NCBI GenBank assembly: GCA_964603525.1
Contig: CAZRVI010000002.1
Location: forward strand, 1-39,190
From: Candidatus Woesearchaeota archaeon
GTDB taxonomy: Archaea; Nanobdellota; Nanobdellia; SCGC-AAA011-G17; JACPIM01
Direction: 5' to 3'
DNA: 39,190 nucleotides
Position 1 is the first letter of the stretch, and the number at the start of each line of letters is the position of its first letter. The position numbers were made by a program, and so were the translations under genes. Below are positions 32,345-39,190 of the stretch, piece after piece. The notes below the pieces were generated by a model. It ran no database searches and had not been told where the DNA came from. It saw only the letters and a list, made by a program, of their open reading frames with translations.

Positions 32345-33405
32345 ATTAATTCCTCATAAATTTTACAATATTCTTTAAAGCATTTTTCCCAATTAAATTT
32401 CTTTAAAACAGATTTTCTACCTTTTTTAGCAAACGAATTTCTTAATATTTTATTTTCATATAAAATTTCTATAGAACTTGCTAATGCATCAAAATCTCCA
32501 GCTTTAACTAATAACCCGTTTTTACCAACAATCTCTCTTATTGATGGAAAATCAGAAGCTATTAAAGGTTTCTCACAAGCTAATGCTTCAGCAGCACTAA
32601 AACCAAAACCTTCGTACATTAAAGTAGGAAATACAATTAAATCAGCTTTTTGATAGTAACTAACAATATCCTTAACATTTAACTCAAATTTAACAGGCCA
32701 ACTAAAAGCCTCTCTTTTTAATTCATTTAAATAATCCTTATCAGAAACAAAACCAACAATTATTAATTCCATTTCTTTCAAAGTTTCAAGTGGAATTTTT
32801 TTAAATGCTTTAATTAATATATCTTGACCTTTTTCTCTACTAATTCTTGAAGGACAAACTATTGTAAATTTTTTATTTTTAATTTTTTTAGGTTTAAACT
32901 TCTTAAAATCAACACCAGGATAAATTAATTTTAATTTTTTTTCTTCTACACCCAACTTTAATAAATCATTATAAGTTGCTTTGGATATAGCAATAATCTT
33001 ATCAAATTTCCTTAACCTTTTTTTAACAAAAAATAATTGTAGTTTTTTAACCAAACTTTTTTTTCCAACATAACCCAATAAATGGCCTAAATGATATGAA
33101 CACAATAATGTCTTAATACTTAAACTTGGAAACTCATAACAAGTAGCATGAATCAAATCAGGTTTTATTTCCTCCAAATATTTTTTAGTTTTTCTATAAA
33201 ATTTCAAATAATTCCAGAATTTATTATTACTTTTTTGATTAATGGCATATGTATCTTCAGGTAATAAACCTAAATCTTTTTTAAAACCACTTATTAAGCT
33301 TACGTCATATACTTTCTTAGCTCTTTTCCAAATCTCATAAGTATGCAACTCTCCTCCACCAAAAGAATCTTCTGGGAATAATCTTGTTATAAAAGTTAGT
33401 TTCAT
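32341..33405 (-). CDS. GT4-family (GT-B fold) glycosyltransferase
   Basis: GGGELHTYEIWKR and EGFGFSAAEALACEKPLIASD (E-x7-E). ATGA overlap with the next gene. Confidence 0.85.
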   Translation of the reverse strand: MKLTFITRLFPEDSFGGGELHTYEIWKRAKKVYDVSLISGFKKDLGLLPEDTYAINQKSNNKFWNYLKFYRKTKKYLEEIKPDLIHATCYEFPSLSIKTLLCSYHLGHLLGYVGKKSLVKKLQLFFVKKRLRKFDKIIAISKATYNDLLKLGVEEKKLKLIYPGVDFKKFKPKKIKNKKFTIVCPSRISREKGQDILIKAFKKIPLETLKEMELIIVGFVSDKDYLNELKREAFSWPVKFELNVKDIVSYYQKADLIVFPTLMYEGFGFSAAEALACEKPLIASDFPSIREIVGKNGLLVKAGDFDALASSIEILYENKILRNSFAKKGRKSVLKKFNWEKCFKEYCKIYEELI

Positions 33406-33442
33406 AATTTTCTTATTAAAATCAATAAACTTATATATTTTT

Positions 33443-34519
33443 TTAATCCAAATTTAGTAACTTAATTTTTGTTATAATATTCTCAACAGTGATATTTTTC
33501 ATACTTTCATTTGGTTTTGGGCTAAAAAGATTCCCTACTGGTTTATATATGGTTATTACATTCTTTCCTAATGGTTTACAAAATGATGGATGAACACGGT
33601 TAAACAAAACTATTAATGGAATTTTTAAAGCAGCTGCAAGGTGTGCAGTACCCGTATCTACACTTAATACTAATTTAGATTCAGCAACAAGGTCAATTAG
33701 TTCTTTAATACCAGTTTTACCACACAAATTTTTAATATTTCTTTTATAAGTAGAAAGTTTTTTAATTTTTTCTCCTTCTTCAAAATCTTCTTTCACACCA
33801 GTTAGATATGCACTAAAGTTATATTTTTCGATTAAATAATCAATAACTTTTGCCCAATTTTTAGGCGACCATCTACGTATTAACTGAGTACCGCATGGAT
33901 TTACTATAAAATAATTTTTCTTTTTTTTAACAATATCTAAATTTGGTTCTATTTTTTCTAATCTAAATTTTGGTAAAAATTTTAAGGTAGCCATTACCCT
34001 TTCAAATTCATGCTTTTTATCAAATTTATATGCAGGAACCTTGTGGGTAAATAACAAACCTTTTATTCCATTATAAAAAACATTTCCATAAAAAATAACC
34101 CATTTAATTTTAGCATCCTTAGCCATTTTGATAAATTTTATACTTGTAGGCAAAATCACAAAACAAACATCATATTTTTTTAATTTATTTTTATTCAAAC
34201 TTTTAAAATTTTTAACTGTAACATTTAAATGATTGTATATTGGAGAATATTTTAGAGACATGAACACATCTATTTGTAAGTTTGGTTTCCATTTTTTTAA
34301 AAGTCTAAAAAAAGGTTCACGAATAACAAATTCTCCTAGCGCAGGTTTTTCCATAAAAACACAAATTTTGTTGATATCTTTTTTTGTTAAACTCTCTGAC
34401 ACTCTTTTAAACAACTTGAAAAAAAGATAATCCAATCTTAATATGATTTGTCTATAAAAAGAATAAATAGAATAACAATTATATTTCAAAAATTCTCTTA
34501 ACCAACTTTTAAGATTCAT
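33443..34519 (-). CDS. GT9-family glycosyltransferase (ADP-heptose:LPS heptosyltransferase-like)
   Basis: ICVFMEKPALGEFVIREPFFRLLKKWKPNLQIDVF (corresponding to the usual GD..L.P pattern), VNPCGTQLIRRWSPKNWAKVIDYL, and the near-canonical LSVDTGTAHLAAALKIPLIVLF motif. Confidence 0.8.
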   Translation of the reverse strand: MNLKSWLREFLKYNCYSIYSFYRQIILRLDYLFFKLFKRVSESLTKKDINKICVFMEKPALGEFVIREPFFRLLKKWKPNLQIDVFMSLKYSPIYNHLNVTVKNFKSLNKNKLKKYDVCFVILPTSIKFIKMAKDAKIKWVIFYGNVFYNGIKGLLFTHKVPAYKFDKKHEFERVMATLKFLPKFRLEKIEPNLDIVKKKKNYFIVNPCGTQLIRRWSPKNWAKVIDYLIEKYNFSAYLTGVKEDFEEGEKIKKLSTYKRNIKNLCGKTGIKELIDLVAESKLVLSVDTGTAHLAAALKIPLIVLFNRVHPSFCKPLGKNVITIYKPVGNLFSPKPNESMKNITVENIITKIKLLNLD

Positions 34520-35174
34520 TTTTTAACTTAGCAAATATATTAAGTCCAAACACCAAAGTTATTTTGTTAATAAAATTGTTTTCTGTATAGTTCTTCCATA
34601 TTCTCTTCAGAAAAGGAATATATAAATAATATGTAACTATTTTATTTATCTTTAAATCACTTTTTTTTAATATAGAATGGAGTAGTAAAGGATTAAAATT
34701 CCATAAGTGGGTTGGATCTCCACTAAATTTTTTTCCTCTTAACCAACAAAAGAATTTTATAAGTGCCCAATGATTTATTGTCGATAATACTAAAATTCCA
34801 CCTGGTTTAAGTAACTTTTTAATTTTTTTTAATATTTCAATTGGTTTAGATAAGTGTTCAATAACTTGAATCATAACAATTTTATCATAAAGTCCTTTAA
34901 TATTATCTTTTTCGATATCCTTGACTTCAAACTTAATAGATTTATATTTTCTTTTAGCAATCCTAATAGCTTCTTTATTTATATCAATTCCTTTAACTTT
35001 CACACCAAGCTTTTTTAAGAGATAACAAAATTCACCGGTGTTACATCCAATTTCTAGAATTTTTTCACCCTGTTCTGGTTTTAATAATTTAAGGACATAT
35101 TTAAATTCTAATTCCTCTTCAGGTTTAATCTTCTCATGATTTTTTGCATATTTAAAGTTATAATAAATTTTCAC
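34509..35174 (-). CDS. class I SAM-dependent methyltransferase (Methyltransf_11-like)
   Basis: Motif I ILEIGCNTGEF, GIDIN, YDKIVMIQVIEHLSKP, GGILVLST. GTG start overlapping the upstream stop (GTGA at 35171-35174). Confidence 0.8.
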   Translation of the reverse strand: MKIYYNFKYAKNHEKIKPEEELEFKYVLKLLKPEQGEKILEIGCNTGEFCYLLKKLGVKVKGIDINKEAIRIAKRKYKSIKFEVKDIEKDNIKGLYDKIVMIQVIEHLSKPIEILKKIKKLLKPGGILVLSTINHWALIKFFCWLRGKKFSGDPTHLWNFNPLLLHSILKKSDLKINKIVTYYLYIPFLKRIWKNYTENNFINKITLVFGLNIFAKLKNES

Positions 35175-36541
35175 TTTTTAAATGTAATTATTCCTAAATG
35201 TTTTATAGCATGTTTAACTCTCTTCCAATTTGGAAGATTTCCTTCGGATAAAATTCTAAATAATTTTTTTAAATATCCTCTATACAGTATTCTTCTTTCG
35301 ATACTCATTTTAACTTTCATTAAAATATCATCTGGTATCTTACTAACATTTATAGTCATATAATGAAAATCAGATTGTTGTGCCCATTCTTCTATTGATT
35401 TTGGTTCATTAATCAAACCCCTTTTAATACAATAATCATAAGTTTCTGTTGGAGGCAATGGTTGATAGATTCCTAATCCAATATAATCTGGAGGATTTTG
35501 TTTAATAAAATGTATTGTTTGATTTAAATCTTCCATAGTTTCATCAGGAGTTCCTATCATAAAACTCGCTCCACTAAATATTTTAAATTTCCTACATTTT
35601 CTTATTGCATCTCTGCCTTGTTGAACAGTTGTACCTTTTTTTAAAAAATTAAGAACTCTTTGACTACCACTTTCAATACCCATTTGTAAAGTCCAAACAC
35701 CAGCTTTTTTATAAGCTTTTAGTATTTCTTCATTAACCAAATTCACTCTAGAAAAAATAAACATTTTTAAATCAAGATGTTGAATATTCTTTAATATTTC
35801 CAGAGCCCTTTTTTTATTTGAGGGAAAATTATCATCAGGTATACAAATTCTCTTATCCTTATACTTTTCATATAACCTAGTAATAAGTTCTATCGAATTT
35901 TGGGTTGATAAATTTCTATAATTTTCAAATCTTTTTTTACCCCAAAGATAATTATTATAACAAAAAGCACAACGATAAGGACAACCACGACTTGTACTAA
36001 TATAAAACATATCATAATTTTTTACATTTACTAAATCATAATTGGGAAAAGGCAATTCATCGAGATTTGCAAATGACCTAAAAGGATTTAAATCCAAACC
36101 TTTTACTTTTGAAATATCCCTTCCTTTTTCAATCAAATTAGCAATCTCAAGCATAGTATATTCACCTTCTCCTCTTACTATATGATCAACTAAAGGATGT
36201 TCTAACGTATTTCTTGGAACAGCAGTAGGGTGAAATCCTCCCCAAATAACTAAAGCATTAGAATTTTCTTTTACAACTTTTGATACATTTAAAGCATCAT
36301 AAAGAACTCTTCCAGTCATAGTACTGATTCCAACTATATCCGGATCAAAACGTTTAAGTTCTTTTATTAATACTTCATTTTTAATATTATCTCCAAGATT
36401 ACGATCAAATATTTTTACTTTATGATTATATTTCTCTAGCATAGTTCCTATGTATATAAGTCCTAAAGGCATTGTAGCATCATAATCTTTGTTTTCTGTT
36501 TTATAAGAAAAACAAGCTTGTACAAGAAGAACCCTTGTCAT
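35171..36541 (-). CDS. B12-binding-domain radical SAM enzyme (class B radical SAM methyltransferase-like)
   Basis: N-terminal cobalamin-binding-type domain (VLLVQA...MPLGLIYIGTMLEKYNHKVKIFD...PDIVGISTMT...VIWGGFHPT...VRGEGE), followed by TSRGCPYRCAFCYN (CX3CX2C). Confidence 0.85.
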   Translation of the reverse strand: MTRVLLVQACFSYKTENKDYDATMPLGLIYIGTMLEKYNHKVKIFDRNLGDNIKNEVLIKELKRFDPDIVGISTMTGRVLYDALNVSKVVKENSNALVIWGGFHPTAVPRNTLEHPLVDHIVRGEGEYTMLEIANLIEKGRDISKVKGLDLNPFRSFANLDELPFPNYDLVNVKNYDMFYISTSRGCPYRCAFCYNNYLWGKKRFENYRNLSTQNSIELITRLYEKYKDKRICIPDDNFPSNKKRALEILKNIQHLDLKMFIFSRVNLVNEEILKAYKKAGVWTLQMGIESGSQRVLNFLKKGTTVQQGRDAIRKCRKFKIFSGASFMIGTPDETMEDLNQTIHFIKQNPPDYIGLGIYQPLPPTETYDYCIKRGLINEPKSIEEWAQQSDFHYMTINVSKIPDDILMKVKMSIERRILYRGYLKKLFRILSEGNLPNWKRVKHAIKHLGIITFKK

Positions 36542-37644
36542 TTTTTAATTTCTCCAAGCTTTTTAGCAATATTAAATATTTGTTTTTCGAAAGCTTTTCT
36601 TCCAAATCTTTTTTTAGCCATCATCTTTGCTTTCTTACTCATTTGAAGTCTAATTTTTTTATTATTTAATAAATATTTTGTTTTACTTATCATCTCATTT
36701 ACATCTTTAATAACAAATCCTGTTTTTCCATTAATAACAATTTCTTCAGGCCCCCCCTTTCCAAATGTAATAGTTGGCAAGCCAGAAGCTTGTGCTTCTG
36801 CAAGTGCCATACCAAAGCATTCGTACTCGACAGGATAAAGAAAAATTTTAGCTTTTTTAAATTCTTTTTTAATCTCTTCATGAGTAGCATTTATAACAAA
36901 CTTAATTTTCCTACCTTTAGCAAGTTTTTTTAATTTATTTAAATAATATAAATTTTCTTTGTTCACACTTCCAATTATTGTTAGGTTTGTATTAATTTTC
37001 TTCTGCACTTCTATTAATCTCTCAACAAATTTGCTTGGAATAATTCTTAAAAGAGAAACGATACCTTCTTTTCCTTCATTTTTAATATCAAAAAAATTGT
37101 CACTGACCATAGGATATAATATATTTGGTTTTATTTTCCATACAGCCTCAAAAATTTTTTGAGTAAATTTGCTATTTGTAGATATCAGATCTATTTTATT
37201 AATAACTCTTTTAGCTAAAATTGTATATATATTACCATATAAAGTTGGTATAATCCTTCCTTTTACTTTTAAAACAAGACCTGGAGCTCTTGGATGGTAA
37301 TACAAAAACACAGGTATTTTATCTTTAATTGGTAATAATGTATTATGGATAATTGAACCAACTTCAAAGAACCCGTCAATTTTACCATTTATTTTTTTAT
37401 AAGCTTTCTTCATTTGAAATCTATTAACTATATTAAAACAAGGATATTGTTTAATTTTATAGTTTATAAATTTAATATCTTTGATATCAATTTCATAGAA
37501 CTTAGATATATATTCTTTTTTCCAAGTATTTCCAGCTAAAAAAATAACTTCATATTTTTTACTTAAAATTTCTGCGATTAAATAAGCTAATTTAGTTCCA
37601 CCCCCTTTAGAAGATACATTATGGTATGAAACTATAAATCTCAT
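36538..37644 (-). CDS. GT4-family (GT-B fold) glycosyltransferase
   Basis: SSKGGGTKLAYLIAEIL and ECFGMALAEAQASGLPTITF (E-x7-E). The track start is TTG 37650; ATG 37642-37644 (MRFIVSY...) is preferred. Confidence 0.85.
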   Translation of the reverse strand: MRFIVSYHNVSSKGGGTKLAYLIAEILSKKYEVIFLAGNTWKKEYISKFYEIDIKDIKFINYKIKQYPCFNIVNRFQMKKAYKKINGKIDGFFEVGSIIHNTLLPIKDKIPVFLYYHPRAPGLVLKVKGRIIPTLYGNIYTILAKRVINKIDLISTNSKFTQKIFEAVWKIKPNILYPMVSDNFFDIKNEGKEGIVSLLRIIPSKFVERLIEVQKKINTNLTIIGSVNKENLYYLNKLKKLAKGRKIKFVINATHEEIKKEFKKAKIFLYPVEYECFGMALAEAQASGLPTITFGKGGPEEIVINGKTGFVIKDVNEMISKTKYLLNNKKIRLQMSKKAKMMAKKRFGRKAFEKQIFNIAKKLGEIKK

Positions 37645-37646
37645 CT

Positions 37647-38711
37647 TCAATAAAATTCATTAATTTTTTTACAAATAAATTCTACCTGTTGTTCTTCTAG
37701 ATCAGGAAACATAGGTAATGATAAAATTTCTTTAACATATTGTTCGGTTCTTGGTAAACTACAAGTAAATTCTTTAAAAATGGGTTGTTTGTGTAAGGGT
37801 ATAGGATAATGTATTCCAGTTTGTATATTATTATCATTTAAATACTCTTTTAATTTATCCCTATTTTTTGTTCTTATAACATATAAATGATAAGCATGTT
37901 TTTTATTTTCTTCTTCTATTGGTTTTATTATATTATTGCTTAAATTGCTATTATATGCTTCAGCAATTTTTCTTCTTTTCTCAACCCATTCTTCTACATA
38001 TTTCAATTGTTCAAGACCAATAGCAGCAGAGATTTCACTCATTCTAAAATTTAAACTAAGTTCTCCATAAAGAAATCTTTGTTTTTGCCCATGTTCTCTT
38101 AATGCCTTTAACCTTTCATAAATCTCTTCATTATCAGTTAATACCATACCTCCATCTCCAGCAACAGTCATATTTTTTGATGGAAAAAACGAAAAACAAG
38201 AAATATCTCCAAAACTACCAGCTCTTTTTCCTTTATATTCAGCACAATGTGCTTGTGCAGCATCTTCTATCAAAAATAAATTATATTTTTCTTTTATCTT
38301 TATCAATTTATCCATATCATTCATTAATCCATATAAATGAACACACATTATTGCTTTTGTTTTATTAGTTATTTTATTTTGTAAATCATTTAAGTCTATA
38401 TTATAATTTTCATCTATATCAACAAAAATAGGTTTAGCACCCAAATATAAAATCGGAGAAGCACTAGCCACAAAAGTATGAGATGGAACTAAAACTTCAT
38501 CTCCTTCTTTAATACTTAATACCCTTAAAGCTAAATAAATAGCATTAGTTCCATTACATGTACCTATACCATATTTTTTTCCACAAAATTTTGCAAATTC
38601 CTCCTCAAACTCCTTTAGTACAGGACCTTTAATAAACCTTCCACTATCTAAAATTTCAAGAACTTTTTTTTTCATATTTTCTGTTATTATTGGTTTGCTT
38701 AATGGTATCAT
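37647..38711 (-). CDS. DegT/DnrJ/EryC1/StrS-family PLP-dependent sugar aminotransferase (WbpE/PglE-like)
   Basis: MIPLSKPIITENMKKKVLEILDSGRFIKGPVLKEFEEEFAKFCGKKYGIGTCNGTNAIYLAL, LIEDAAQAHC, and SFFPSKNMTVAGDGGMVLTD (PLP lysine). Confidence 0.9.
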   Translation of the reverse strand: MIPLSKPIITENMKKKVLEILDSGRFIKGPVLKEFEEEFAKFCGKKYGIGTCNGTNAIYLALRVLSIKEGDEVLVPSHTFVASASPILYLGAKPIFVDIDENYNIDLNDLQNKITNKTKAIMCVHLYGLMNDMDKLIKIKEKYNLFLIEDAAQAHCAEYKGKRAGSFGDISCFSFFPSKNMTVAGDGGMVLTDNEEIYERLKALREHGQKQRFLYGELSLNFRMSEISAAIGLEQLKYVEEWVEKRRKIAEAYNSNLSNNIIKPIEEENKKHAYHLYVIRTKNRDKLKEYLNDNNIQTGIHYPIPLHKQPIFKEFTCSLPRTEQYVKEILSLPMFPDLEEQQVEFICKKINEFY

Positions 38712-38748
38712 TTTAAGGATTAAAATATAGAGTAAATACTTAAAAACT

Positions 38749-39190
38749 TTATGTTTGTTTTAGACATTTAGAACAAATAATATCTACCTTATAACCTTCA
38801 AAACCGTTATTTATAGGCTTTTTTTTATTTTTGATACAATTAATAAAATGTTTAAGTTCTTCTGTCAAAGGATCATTTTTAGTAAAATTTATTTTTTTCT
38901 CTTTTCTTCTAATAGTTTTATTATAGTCAATTTCTATAGGATAACTTATTATCTCTTGACTTAATAAATCAGCATATATTTTTTGTTTTTTTGCAATTAT
39001 CCATATATCTCTTTTTTTCTCAGGGTGAAACCAACTAACCTCCAAATTAGCTAAGAAATTTTTATAATCCATTATAATAGTTGCACAATCTTCTCTTATT
39101 TGAGATAAATAATTCACTTTTTTACACATAACATTTTCAGGTTCTTTCTCTAAAATAAAATTTAAGATATCTATTAAATGAGAAGCAAAA
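38749..39190 (-). CDS. Gfo/Idh/MocA-family NAD-dependent sugar oxidoreductase, C-terminal part (partial; continues past the right edge), WbpB-like
   Basis: The frame of the 126-aa track ORF stays open upstream to position 39189 (FASHLIDILNFILEKEPENV-MCKKVNY...). HLIDILNFIL and DPLTEELKHFINCIKNKKKPINNGFEGYKVDIIC match the C-terminal dimerisation/substrate domain of the family. Confidence 0.7.
   Translation of the reverse strand, partial: FASHLIDILNFILEKEPENVMCKKVNYLSQIREDCATIIMDYKNFLANLEVSWFHPEKKRDIWIIAKKQKIYADLLSQEIISYPIEIDYNKTIRRKEKKINFTKNDPLTEELKHFINCIKNKKKPINNGFEGYKVDIICSKCLKQT

Noticed and set aside
34233-38368. Short ORFs 34233-34430, 35136-35363, 36699-36890, 36959-37162, 38102-38368
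   Set aside because: All are nested in, or antisense to, confidently assigned GT9, methyltransferase/rSAM, GT4 and DegT genes.
38664-38672. A9 homopolymer (minus strand, encoding KKK in MKKKV of the DegT gene) and several A8/T8 runs elsewhere as phase-variation switches
   Set aside because: Runs of this length are expected by chance in lysine-rich coding sequence of such AT-rich DNA. There is no evidence of length heterogeneity from a single sequence.
1-39190. Searched by eye for CRISPR arrays, tRNA/rRNA genes (GC-rich islands in an AT-rich background), integrases, transposases, and direct or inverted terminal repeats marking a mobile island
   Set aside because: No regularly spaced repeats were seen and no GC-rich structured segments lie in the intergenic spacers, which are all short (150 nt or less). 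No recombinase-like ORFs were seen. The only notable DNA repeat is the P1/P2 signal-anchor block. A computational scan (tRNAscan-SE, Infernal, CRISPR finders, self-dotplot) is still advisable.
1-39190. Alternative genetic code (stop-codon reassignment)
   Set aside because: Long uninterrupted ORFs with full-length family matches are obtained with the standard code, and TAA, TGA and TAG-free ends look normal. Nothing requires recoding.

Overview
This is a strongly AT-rich (judged by eye, not computed), gene-dense fragment of an archaeal genome. Evidence for archaeal origin: an STT3/AglB oligosaccharyltransferase with WWDYG plus an archaeal-type TVAE (TIXE-like) motif; a eukaryote/archaeal-type GlcNAc-1-P transferase (NMLAGLNGLEAG); AMP phosphorylase plus a ribose-1,5-bisphosphate-isomerase-like gene; and TTTATAAA-like boxes centred about 26-29 nt upstream of the ATG of unit-first genes (leaderless), with GGAGG-like sites before internal genes. 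Small lysine-rich proteins and pervasive gene overlaps fit a reduced-genome (DPANN-like) archaeon, but lineage cannot be fixed without a database search. The left ~9 kb holds nucleotide-salvage genes, an AI-2E transporter, a RimB-like retropepsin plus a RimK-like ATP-grasp ligase with an unusual C-terminal extension, and a frameshifted flavin-reductase-like gene. It also holds a leaderless operon of one tiny TM protein plus four divergent paralogous signal-anchored proteins of ~130-140 aa that I cannot place in any named family; this is my top candidate for something undescribed. The right ~30 kb (8.7 kb to the window end) is one continuous surface-glycan/N-glycosylation island around aglB. 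It has 3 GT2, 3 GT4, 1 GT9 and 3 extra GT-C-like membrane enzymes, 2 DegT aminotransferases, an LbH acetyltransferase and a Gfo/Idh/MocA oxidoreductase. Tailoring genes include 2 radical SAM enzymes (one SPASM/twitch-like, one B12-binding), 2 SAM methyltransferases, a NodU/CmcH carbamoyltransferase and a deacetylase. There are also two kinds of candidate lipid-sugar flippase and an uncharacterised nucleotidyltransferase-fold + alkaline-phosphatase-superfamily pair. I saw no rRNA, tRNA, CRISPR array, integrase or transposase. All family calls come from motif recognition in the translated ORFs, not from searches.
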